Below are positions 31,193 to 40,007 of a DNA stretch of 64,000 nt, piece by piece. Source of the DNA: Verrucomicrobiia bacterium (GTDB lineage: Bacteria > Verrucomicrobiota > Verrucomicrobiia > Limisphaerales > UBA1319). The position numbers and the translations under genes were made by a program. The notes below the pieces were generated by a model that had not been told where the DNA came from, made no database searches, and worked only from the letters and a program-made list of their open reading frames with translations. The first letter of the stretch is position 1. The number at the start of each line of letters is the position of its first letter. The stretch spans positions 3,744,001 to 3,808,000 of the forward strand of contig OY760937.1 of the NCBI GenBank assembly GCA_963664225.1, in the 5' to 3' direction.

Positions 31193-33801
31193 AATTTATT
31201 TTGATTGAACGTTAATTTCATAAATGGCCGACCTCCATTGGCCGCAAATTGATGCGATACCCACAACAAAATCGCCTCGCAGGTGCCATCACCTCCTTTT
31301 TTGAGTTTCGAGAATTCCTCGGGGCGAACAATTTCCTCTAAAACACGGGTGGTTGAGGTGCTGGTTTTTGTTTGGGTGAGTTTGAGTAAGTCCCAAAACC
31401 CCGGTTGCGGTTCTGGTGATGTGGAAAAGTTAAAGTGCGTCTTCGTTTCCTTGCCAATCTTGGCGGATGCCCACTGGTTGGTGTCATGATCACCGTTGGC
31501 GTGGAATACTTGGGTGTTCATGAGGCTGAAGACCCCCTCCACAGCATGGTGATTGTGGCCGAGCTGGAAGAAATTGTGAAGGTTCTGGGAGATGACGACA
31601 TGGGCGACGCGGGATTCTCGCGCGGTGGCTTGGAAGTTGATATCGTGTGGAGAGAAGAAAAACTGACCTTCATCCTCCCATAGAAAAACCGGTCGGCGAC
31701 GGTCTCCACTGCCAGGCATAGGCCTATGCTCAACAGGGCCCTCGATCTTATGATCCCACTGGAACATAGGATAGCGATGGGCGTCGGTGTCGGCGACAGC
31801 CCGACGCTCAACCATTGTTTGGAATAAATGCTTCCACGCCGCTTGAACGAGCAAACCACCCTGGCAAAAATCCTTGATGGGTAAATCGACGATGACGATA
31901 TTTCCGTCCAAAATGGCCTCGGGAGTTAGGGTTGTTTCCGAACAAACCAACTCATGAATGCCCCTTCCGCCGAGGATATCCGCCATGCCGCTAAACCCAA
32001 GAATAATGGAACTGCGTGCTCGGTCGGGAAACCGGGGAAAATCCCTTGTCCAGTAACCTAAAACGCGTTCATAGACACGTTCCTCCTTTGGTGTATTAGT
32101 CTGGCTGGCGCGAGAGAGGATTGAGCCAAAAACTGGCATTTGCAGCCAATCCTGCTCGGGATTCGCCAAGGGTTTTTGTGGGGCGTAATTAAGAAACTGC
32201 TGAAGGCCATCAAGCGTCAAAGTTTCCCCTGCTAAAATAAACACCTCAAATAGCGAGCGCATGAGTTGATCGGTGGCATTTTTCCAAAACTCATCATTAG
32301 TTGATTGAGACGAACTGCGGGAAACGGTCTCGATGAGAATACGAAATAAACCCACAAGATTGTTGGCCAAACCCAGACCTACGCTCGGGCGCTGGCTCTC
32401 ATAAGCCAAGATATTCAGTGAGGGACCATCGGCATTGATGACAATTGCGTCCCCTCCCCGACCGCATCGCTCGCATAAATCTAACCAACGCTGTGCCTCG
32501 CCGGGCTTGGCGGTCAAAACCAAGCCGCCAAAACCCGCGCCTACAAAGTTTTCTGCAAAAAGATTCCCGCTGCCGCTGGTTTTACCACTTCCGGGTGCGC
32601 CCAGGATTAGCACCCCTTCGTAGGAGTCCTTGATCTTCCACTGGTCTGCTTCGTCACTTCCAAAACGAATTAGACCTTCCTCGCCGCTCCAAGTCTTACC
32701 GTTTGTAAAAACAAAAAACTGTTCCGGTTGGATAGGAGGAATCCTTGGACTCAATGCAACCTTGGGAGACTGGGGAGTTGGGGGTGTGGCATCGGCGACA
32801 GGGGGGTGTAGTGGTGGTGCGGGATCAGTTGTGAGGGGTTCGGGAGTTTTGGCTTTAGCGGGCCTCGGGACGCGTTTCGTCTTGGGGGTGGGGACCAAGG
32901 CCTGGCAAAACTTCTGCACCCGGGCCACGGTGGTGATGACATCCTTGGCTTTGAGCAAGAGACAGATTTCCTCGCTTGTCTTGCCCCCCTTCCAAGCCGT
33001 TAAAATCGCCCCTTGTTCCGCCAGCAATTCAGGGAAATTCGGCAGGTGATCTGGGCAAGCTGGTTTGACCGTTGGAAGTGCGATTCCCATTGAGTGGCGC
33101 ACCTGTTCAGCCAGGAATTGGATGTCATCCAGATTGATCAAGGGGCCCTCCCCTATTTCATCCCAATAGACCTCAATACAGTCGGGCGGTAAATAATCTG
33201 ATCTTATGGTGATGCGCCGGTCGCCAGCCTCCTTCCCATGTACATTTTTCCCGCCGAAAACCTGTCTGGTCCGGCTGACGACTTCTCCCGAGGTAAGGCG
33301 CTCACTCAGCAAAGCATGTAAGCTGTGCTCTGGCTGATAGATGGCATCGCCGAGGGAAGCCGCCAAGCTCCCTCTTGCTCCAGAAAAGAAAACGGGGAAT
33401 TTGGTTCCGCTTCCTGATGCGCCAAGATAATCCAAGAATATCACGGCAAGGGCCCGAGGCACTTTGGTCCAAGTGAAATTGTGCTGATTGTCGCCCTGCT
33501 GCCAAAAAACAACCGGATTGGATTTAAGGCATTGAAATTCGATCCGATCCAATTCCGGGCTGTCCTTGCCTCGGAATTTCAAGACAAGCACGCGTCCTGA
33601 TTTGAACGGTTCAGAGGGGGTTTTGAGCAATAAAGGAGGGCCCCCTTCAATTTGCGAGGTTTTCGCCGACATGGATTTTGAGCTGATGTTGTTCATCGTG
33701 CCAACCCGTGACGGCTGGCGAAGGTGCCACGATCCCAACGGTTTGTCACGTATTTCTGAACGTTCTGAGAATATTTCTGATCCTTCTGAAGGTTCCTCCA
33801 A
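31189..33801 (-). CDS. Type IV coupling protein (TraD/VirD4-like) with a long N-terminal extension
   Basis: Walker A GAPGSGKTS, LVLTAKP, EFWKN, Walker B FLWEDEGQ, ARESRVAHVVISQN; divergent from the relaxase. Start uncertain. Confidence 0.8.
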   Translation of the reverse strand: MEEPSEGSEIFSERSEIRDKPLGSWHLRQPSRVGTMNNISSKSMSAKTSQIEGGPPLLLKTPSEPFKSGRVLVLKFRGKDSPELDRIEFQCLKSNPVVFWQQGDNQHNFTWTKVPRALAVIFLDYLGASGSGTKFPVFFSGARGSLAASLGDAIYQPEHSLHALLSERLTSGEVVSRTRQVFGGKNVHGKEAGDRRITIRSDYLPPDCIEVYWDEIGEGPLINLDDIQFLAEQVRHSMGIALPTVKPACPDHLPNFPELLAEQGAILTAWKGGKTSEEICLLLKAKDVITTVARVQKFCQALVPTPKTKRVPRPAKAKTPEPLTTDPAPPLHPPVADATPPTPQSPKVALSPRIPPIQPEQFFVFTNGKTWSGEEGLIRFGSDEADQWKIKDSYEGVLILGAPGSGKTSGSGNLFAENFVGAGFGGLVLTAKPGEAQRWLDLCERCGRGGDAIVINADGPSLNILAYESQRPSVGLGLANNLVGLFRILIETVSRSSSQSTNDEFWKNATDQLMRSLFEVFILAGETLTLDGLQQFLNYAPQKPLANPEQDWLQMPVFGSILSRASQTNTPKEERVYERVLGYWTRDFPRFPDRARSSIILGFSGMADILGGRGIHELVCSETTLTPEAILDGNIVIVDLPIKDFCQGGLLVQAAWKHLFQTMVERRAVADTDAHRYPMFQWDHKIEGPVEHRPMPGSGDRRRPVFLWEDEGQFFFSPHDINFQATARESRVAHVVISQNLHNFFQLGHNHHAVEGVFSLMNTQVFHANGDHDTNQWASAKIGKETKTHFNFSTSPEPQPGFWDLLKLTQTKTSTSTTRVLEEIVRPEEFSKLKKGGDGTCEAILLWVSHQFAANGGRPFMKLTFNQNKL

Positions 33802-33883
33802 TGGTGAATCCGCGTGGACGTGGGAAAATCATCACGTCGCCCGAGATGGCGCTGTGCGTAGCAACCTTAAACCATAAAACATT

Positions 33884-34180
33884 ATGATAGGCTCCAATAA
33901 CCCGACGGTGCGGCTTGAAAACAATCCCCATAAGGATTTGGAATCGGCCACGGTGAGAAATCTTTCGAACGATAATGTAAACGCATCATTACCAAGACCC
34001 TTGGTGTTTACGGTGGAAGAATCGGCTGCGGCGCTTCATGTGAGTACCAAGACGATTCGACGGCTCCTCTACCGTGGCGTGCTCACCAGTTCCAGGGCGC
34101 TGCGAAAAAAACTCATCCCACGGCAGCAGATTGAGGAGTTTCTTAAGGCAACCTGTGATGTTCCCAAGCGCTTAATATAA
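33884..34180 (+). CDS. Excisionase-like HTH DNA-binding protein
   Basis: FTVEESAAALHVSTKTIRRLLYRG..LIPRQQIEEFL. Confidence 0.82.
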   Translation: MIGSNNPTVRLENNPHKDLESATVRNLSNDNVNASLPRPLVFTVEESAAALHVSTKTIRRLLYRGVLTSSRALRKKLIPRQQIEEFLKATCDVPKRLI

Positions 34181-34230
34181 CCACCTTAACGGCTAATTGT
34201 TATGACGAATTATTTTGGGTTTGTGTCCCT

Positions 34231-34249
34231 CCCTAAGCTGTGCTTAGGG
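34231..34249. other. Inverted repeat upstream of the relaxase, candidate oriT element or terminator
   Basis: ccctaagc-tgt-gcttaggg. Confidence 0.35.
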
Positions 34250-34313
34250 GAGATGTCTGACGAAGTTTTTCAAAGTTTTAGGAGGAAATATTTCTTCAAT
34301 TTTCAAGGGGATC

Positions 34314-37124
34314 ATGAACAAGACTGCAAGTGGGGAAACTGGAGACCCTGAATTTATGTTACGCATCATCACCTCTGCATCCATAAACCAAGCCAAGAAA
34401 TATTACAGTGAAGGACTCACTCGCGAAGGCTATTACTCCGAAGGCCAGGAGATGGCCGGGGAGTGGGGTGGTCTTTGCGCCGACCGTCTCGGTCTCAAGG
34501 GGACGGTTGATAAGGACGTATTCACACGTCTGTGCGACAACATCCATCCGGTGACGGGTCAGCCCCTGACCCCGCGCATGAAGGAAAACCGACGGGTGGG
34601 GTATGACTTTAATTTTAACGCGCCCAAGTCGGTTTCGCTGGCATACGAATGGAGTAAAGATGAGCGCATCTTATCCATCTTTCGTAAAGCTGTTCGCGAA
34701 ACCATGGAGGAATTGGAGCACGACGTTGGGACGCGCGTCCGTGTCGATGGGCGAAACGAGGACCGGGTGACAGGCAACCTATTGTGGGCGGAATTCATCC
34801 ACTTTACGGCCAGGCCCGTGGATGGGATTCCCGATCCACACCTGCACGCGCATTGCTTTGCCTTTAACGCCACGTTTGATCAGACGGAGTCCCGATGGAA
34901 GGCGGCGCAATTTGGGGATATCAAATATGACGCGAATTACTACCAGGCGGCTTTTCACGCGCGTCTTTCCAATGGCCTGAGGGAATTGGGCTATGAGATT
35001 GAACCGGTGGGCGGGGCATTTGAATTGGGGGGAATTTCGCGCTCCCTGATCGAGAAATTCAGCCGTCGTTCGGAAGTGGTGAAAACCAAGGAAAAGGAAC
35101 TGGGGGACCTCACCGCGAAGGAAAGGGATGGACTGGCGGCCCTGACCCGGGAAAAAAAGGCCAAAGACCTGTCGAAAACCGAGCTTCACGCCCTGTGGTG
35201 GGAGAGATTATCGCCGGAAGATACTAACGAATTAAACGCACTTGGGGCGCATTTGGAACGGCGGCGTTACCAGGAGTTGGTAAAACCAGAACCCAAGCAG
35301 AATAAAGAAGCGGTTGCTTTCGCGCTGGAGCATATCTTCGAGCGGGCGAGCGTGGTCTCTGAGCGTGAATTGATCACGGAAGCCCTTAAATGGGGATACG
35401 GGCGGGCAACCCTGGCGGGCGTCAGGGCGGAGGTAAACTCCCTGCCATTGATTCGCGTGGAGCATAACGGACAAAAGCTCCTGACAACCCCAGAAGTCTT
35501 AAAAGAGGAAAAACGGATTGTGGAGCGTTGCCAGCGCGGAAAGGGAAAGTACCCTACCCTTCACTCCTACTGGCATATTCAGGATAAAGCGCTCAATGCA
35601 CAACAGAAGGAAGCGGTCTTCCATGTTTTACGTTCTCGGGATTTTATTACCGGCATTGCTGGGAAAGCGGGCACCGGCAAGACGACTCTTTTGCATGAGG
35701 CGAAACGCGGCATCGAGGCCGGTGGAAATAAATTGATGGTGTTTGCACCAACGGCTGAAGCGGCCCGTGGGGTGCTCCGCAAGCAAGGTTTTGCGCAGGC
35801 GGAAACGGTGGCGCAATTGCTCTCGAGTGCGACGCTTCAGGAACAGGCCATGGGGGCGGTCTGGTGGGTGGATGAAGCGGGACTGATGTCCGCGCGATCC
35901 ATGGACCGGCTTATGGGGCTGGCGGAAAAGCTCGATGCTCGTTTGGTGCTGGTGGGGGACACGGGCCAGCATCATTCCGTTGAACGCGGCAGTCCTTTTG
36001 ATTTGATGGAGCGCTATGGGAAAATGGAGGTGGCCGGCGTTGAGATAATTCAACGGCAAAAGGGGGCCTATAAGCGGGCGGTTGAACAGATTGCAGAACG
36101 GAATTTCGCGGCGGCCTTCGATATTTTGGAAAAGATGGGGGCTTTTCGTGAATTGCCGATCCTCGACCGGGAAAACACGCTGGCGCGGGATTATCAACGG
36201 GCCTTTGCAAAAGGCAAAAGCGTCCTGGTGGTTTCGCCCACGCACGCGGAATGTGAAAGCGCCACGCAGGCAATCCGTCGCGAACTCAAGGAAAGGGAGA
36301 TTATTGGGGAAGGAGTCAAATGGCGTATTCTATACAACCAATCATGGACGGCGGCGGAAAAGCGGGATTCCCGGAGCTATACGCTTGGTCTGGTCGCTCA
36401 AATTACCAGACAGGTAAAAGGCTTTGCCTTGGGCGAACAGCTTGAGGTCATGGAGATCAGTCATCGGCACGTGGTGGCCCAGAATTGCCGTGGGGAGAGC
36501 AAAAAGCTCCCCTTGAATACCCCGGAGGTGTTCAGCGTGTATAAGCGGGACGCCATCGAGGTTAGTGCGGGAGACAGAATCCGGATCACAGCCAATGGAC
36601 GGAGTGAGGACCGTCACCGGCTCAATAATGGCGATTTGCACACGGTCAAAGCCTTTACGCGTGCTGGGGACATTGTTTTGGATAATGGCTGGCATTTGGG
36701 GCGCGACTTCGGGCATTTGGATTACGGCTATGCGACCACGTCGCACAGCTCCCAGGGTAAGACCGTGGATTGGGTCTTTGTGGCGCAATCAGGGCTGTGC
36801 ACCTCGGGGGCCAGTGACGCAAATCAGTTCTATGTTTCGGTCTCACGCGGCAGGAAAGGTGTCACGATCTACACGGATGATACTGAAGCCCTGCGGGAAA
36901 ATGTGGCGCGGGTGCGTGAGCGAATGAATGCCATGGAAATCATGCCTAAAGAAAAATCAAAGGAGGATCTTTCGCGAGCTGCCGAGGCGAAAATTGAGAC
37001 TCAAGAGCCTCTATTGGAAATCACAAAAGCTGCGGAATTGGAAATGAGGACGCCCTTGGTTGAATCGCGTGAAATTTCAATGCCTGAGGTGGAGCGAGAA
37101 GATGCGCTGGAATTGGAGCGGTGA
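34314..37124 (+). CDS. MOBF (TrwC/TraI-type) relaxase-helicase
   Basis: AKKYY..EGYY, YDFNFNAPKSVS, HFTARP..PDPHLHAH, FSRRS, GKAGTGKT, VDEAG, YATTSHSSQGKTVD, YVSVSRGR. Confidence 0.95.
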   Translation: MNKTASGETGDPEFMLRIITSASINQAKKYYSEGLTREGYYSEGQEMAGEWGGLCADRLGLKGTVDKDVFTRLCDNIHPVTGQPLTPRMKENRRVGYDFNFNAPKSVSLAYEWSKDERILSIFRKAVRETMEELEHDVGTRVRVDGRNEDRVTGNLLWAEFIHFTARPVDGIPDPHLHAHCFAFNATFDQTESRWKAAQFGDIKYDANYYQAAFHARLSNGLRELGYEIEPVGGAFELGGISRSLIEKFSRRSEVVKTKEKELGDLTAKERDGLAALTREKKAKDLSKTELHALWWERLSPEDTNELNALGAHLERRRYQELVKPEPKQNKEAVAFALEHIFERASVVSERELITEALKWGYGRATLAGVRAEVNSLPLIRVEHNGQKLLTTPEVLKEEKRIVERCQRGKGKYPTLHSYWHIQDKALNAQQKEAVFHVLRSRDFITGIAGKAGTGKTTLLHEAKRGIEAGGNKLMVFAPTAEAARGVLRKQGFAQAETVAQLLSSATLQEQAMGAVWWVDEAGLMSARSMDRLMGLAEKLDARLVLVGDTGQHHSVERGSPFDLMERYGKMEVAGVEIIQRQKGAYKRAVEQIAERNFAAAFDILEKMGAFRELPILDRENTLARDYQRAFAKGKSVLVVSPTHAECESATQAIRRELKEREIIGEGVKWRILYNQSWTAAEKRDSRSYTLGLVAQITRQVKGFALGEQLEVMEISHRHVVAQNCRGESKKLPLNTPEVFSVYKRDAIEVSAGDRIRITANGRSEDRHRLNNGDLHTVKAFTRAGDIVLDNGWHLGRDFGHLDYGYATTSHSSQGKTVDWVFVAQSGLCTSGASDANQFYVSVSRGRKGVTIYTDDTEALRENVARVRERMNAMEIMPKEKSKEDLSRAAEAKIETQEPLLEITKAAELEMRTPLVESREISMPEVEREDALELER

Positions 37125-37243
37125 GAGAATGGAGTAATTCGAGTCATAGCCTAATTCCCGAGCTTATGCGCAAGAATGACCAAAATATGATGTATCACCG
37201 AATTATATTGACTAAACGGTGATGTATCATATTCTAATACATC

Positions 37244-38454
37244 ATGGATGACCGTCCCCGCCTCTATGAAAATCTCCTCAAAAACCATTTTCTAAAGAAC
37301 GAAAAAATGGCATTTGTGAGTGGTCCACGCCAAGTGGGAAAAACCACGGTATGCCGGTCATTGGCCGAAAATATTTCAATTGGGACAATTCCGACGACCG
37401 CCGGGTTATATTAAGTGGTCCGACTAATCTTGCGCGGGCCAGTGATATTGGAGGAATTAACCCGAAACCGCCCACGGTGGTGTTCGATGAGCTTCACAAG
37501 CATGTAAAATGGAAATCATTGATCAAGGGATTTTTTGACACCTATCAAAAGCAGGTTCGAATCATTGTTACGGGCAGCTCGCGCATGGATGTTTTTCGAC
37601 GCGGTGGGGATAGCCTGATGGGGCGTTATTTTCTCTATCGAATGCATCCTTAGTCGGTAGCGGAGGCGATTACCACAGATATTCCGAAAGAAATAACACG
37701 TGCGCCGAGCGTTATAAGGGAAGACGATTGGGCTGCTTTATGGGAGCACGGCGGTTTTCCTGAACCATTCATTAAACGCGACATTCAAGTGACGCGCCGT
37801 TGGCGCTCGTTGCGGAATGAAGTGCTATCAAGGGAAGATTTGCGTGAAATCACGCGAGTGCAGGAAATCGGGACGATTGAAGTCCTTATGCAACTGTTGT
37901 CTGAAAACTCCTCGCAACAAGTGATCTATGCCAATTACGCGCAACACCTCGGGGTGACGGCTCAAACCATCAAACGCTGGGTAGATTTGCTTAATCGGTT
38001 GCATTTCGGATTTAGTCTTTCACCATGGTTTACGAGTATTTCAAGGGCTTTGCGCAAGGAGCCCAAGTGGTTCCTGCGAGATTGGTCTGGAATTAGTGAT
38101 CCGGGAGCGAAAGCGGAAACCTTCATCGCCTGCCATTTGCTTAAGGCGGTTGAAGGTTGGACAGACATGGGTTTTGGGGATTTTGAGCTTCACTATATTC
38201 GCACGGCAATGAAACAGGAGGTGGATTTTCTCGTGGTGCGGGATAAAAAGCCATGGATGCTGGTTGAGGCGAAATATGCGGACTCAAGCGTTTCCCCGCA
38301 TTTGTGGAGTTTTCAAAAACAGCTCCATGCCGAATACGCCTTTCAAGTTGTCATCGACCGGCCATATATCCAGGCGGATTGCTTTAGCCATCACGATCCG
38401 GTGGTTGTGCCCGCGCGAACATTCCTTAGTCAATTATTGTTATTTTCAGAATAG
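37244..38454 (+). pseudogene. AAA_14/DUF4143 ATP-binding protein, disrupted
   Basis: GPRQVGKTT in the frame from ATG 37244, frameshift near 37368, VFDELHK, TGSS, in-frame TAG at 37651, then GGFPE and EVDFLV. Confidence 0.85.
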
Positions 38455-39008
38455 AGCATCAAAATCGCTTTAAACGGATTTTGGAGATAAGCAGACGGAT
38501 AAAAGGAATTTGTTGCTCATCTTTGGATAGTTTATGAGATCGGGGTTGGAATTCACACGAGAAAGCGGGGAACAATTACCATAATTAATCCAATATCGCA
38601 TTGACAACGTGAACATGATCTGTGATTATCTCGTCCAATAAATAGTCACTGCGGTAGGAATTGTTGATGGTGGACGTGTTGCTTCCTGTCGCTTCGAAAT
38701 TGTTGCGCGGTAAAATATTTGCCATATGCATCATCACCTAATTGGTGTCCTAATCCTTCCTGCGTTAACGCACACATTTCATGATTACACGATGACCTCC
38801 GCAACTTCAGCCCGCGCGTCGCATTCACAGGCTGGTGTGCCATCCATTCGGCTGAATTTTGCCAGACGTGAACGGTTTTGTTGAGTTGGGATAGATAAGA
38901 GGAACCACCAAAACTATCCTGAGGTACTAGCAAATTAAGATGCGGAATATTTCATAGAAACATTGACCTCGCGTTACGGAAGTCGCGGCAGAATCCGTAA
39001 GAAATAAT

Positions 39009-39995
39009 ATGGGGTCTAATTTAACGAAAGTGATTACCGTGAATTCGATCAAAATTCTAAAACTCGCTAGTGTTTTGCAGTTGTTATTTTGCACACTCTT
39101 CAGAATGTATGGCCAAAGCATGCCGCCTGTACCAACGGACGATGGCGGATGCACAAATTGTCCCCCTTATACGAATTCGCCAACAACTTTATCGCCAGAC
39201 CGTTCAATAATTGATTTGAACATCGGCTATGTTGGCACATTACGGTTAGCGCTCTATGATCGTGATAAACCCGCCACGGTTAGCGCATTTCTCAATTACG
39301 TCATCAGCGGTGCCTACTCAAATAACATTATTCACTACGATGCGACAAATTTTGTCGCTCAAGGTGGCAGTCTGCGAATCATTGATTATGGAAATGGCGG
39401 GCAAGCTGTGGTTCCCGTTGCAGAGAACGCCCCAGTAACGAATGAATTGGGGAGCGGTCAATTGTTCAGCAATCTGCGTGGAACAATTGCAATGGTCCAT
39501 TATCCAGGCGAAACCAATAATGCCACCTGCCACTGGTTTATTAATTTGGCCGACAATACATCATTCGATTCGCCAGACCCAAATCATTCCTATGTTGTGT
39601 TTGGACATGTGATATCGGGGATAACAAATTTAGATAAGCTCAACCCATCGGCAACGAACACGACGATAAAAATAATGAATCTAGGAGGATGGTTGAACTC
39701 ATGCCCTGTGAATTACTCGGCCTCACCGTCAACGGTCACATACTCAAATCTGCTTACCGTAACCTACAATCTCATTACAATGGATGTTGGATTGAAGGCG
39801 CAAAAACAAACAAACAATTCCATGTTACTGTCTTGGCAGAGTGTTAGCAATAAACAACAAACATTATCATTCAAGCCAGAGATCGGCGGGGCAAATGGGT
39901 GGACGGCCATGTGGACAACCAACGGCAATGGCGCTATCCAAAGTTTTCAACATTCAACCAATGTGGTGAATGGTTTCTATCGGCTGTCATTTTAA
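39009..39995 (+). CDS. Secreted cyclophilin-type peptidyl-prolyl isomerase-like protein
   Basis: PATVSAFLNYV, FVAQGG, NLRGTIAM, WFINLADN, YVVFGHVISG; C-terminal GFYRL tail. Confidence 0.8.
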   Translation: MGSNLTKVITVNSIKILKLASVLQLLFCTLFRMYGQSMPPVPTDDGGCTNCPPYTNSPTTLSPDRSIIDLNIGYVGTLRLALYDRDKPATVSAFLNYVISGAYSNNIIHYDATNFVAQGGSLRIIDYGNGGQAVVPVAENAPVTNELGSGQLFSNLRGTIAMVHYPGETNNATCHWFINLADNTSFDSPDPNHSYVVFGHVISGITNLDKLNPSATNTTIKIMNLGGWLNSCPVNYSASPSTVTYSNLLTVTYNLITMDVGLKAQKQTNNSMLLSWQSVSNKQQTLSFKPEIGGANGWTAMWTTNGNGAIQSFQHSTNVVNGFYRLSF

Positions 39996-40007
39996 CCCTG
40001 AGATTTC

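Noticed and set aside
30335..37124. Complete self-transmissible ICE
   Set aside because: No VirB4 or mating-pair formation genes are visible in the window.
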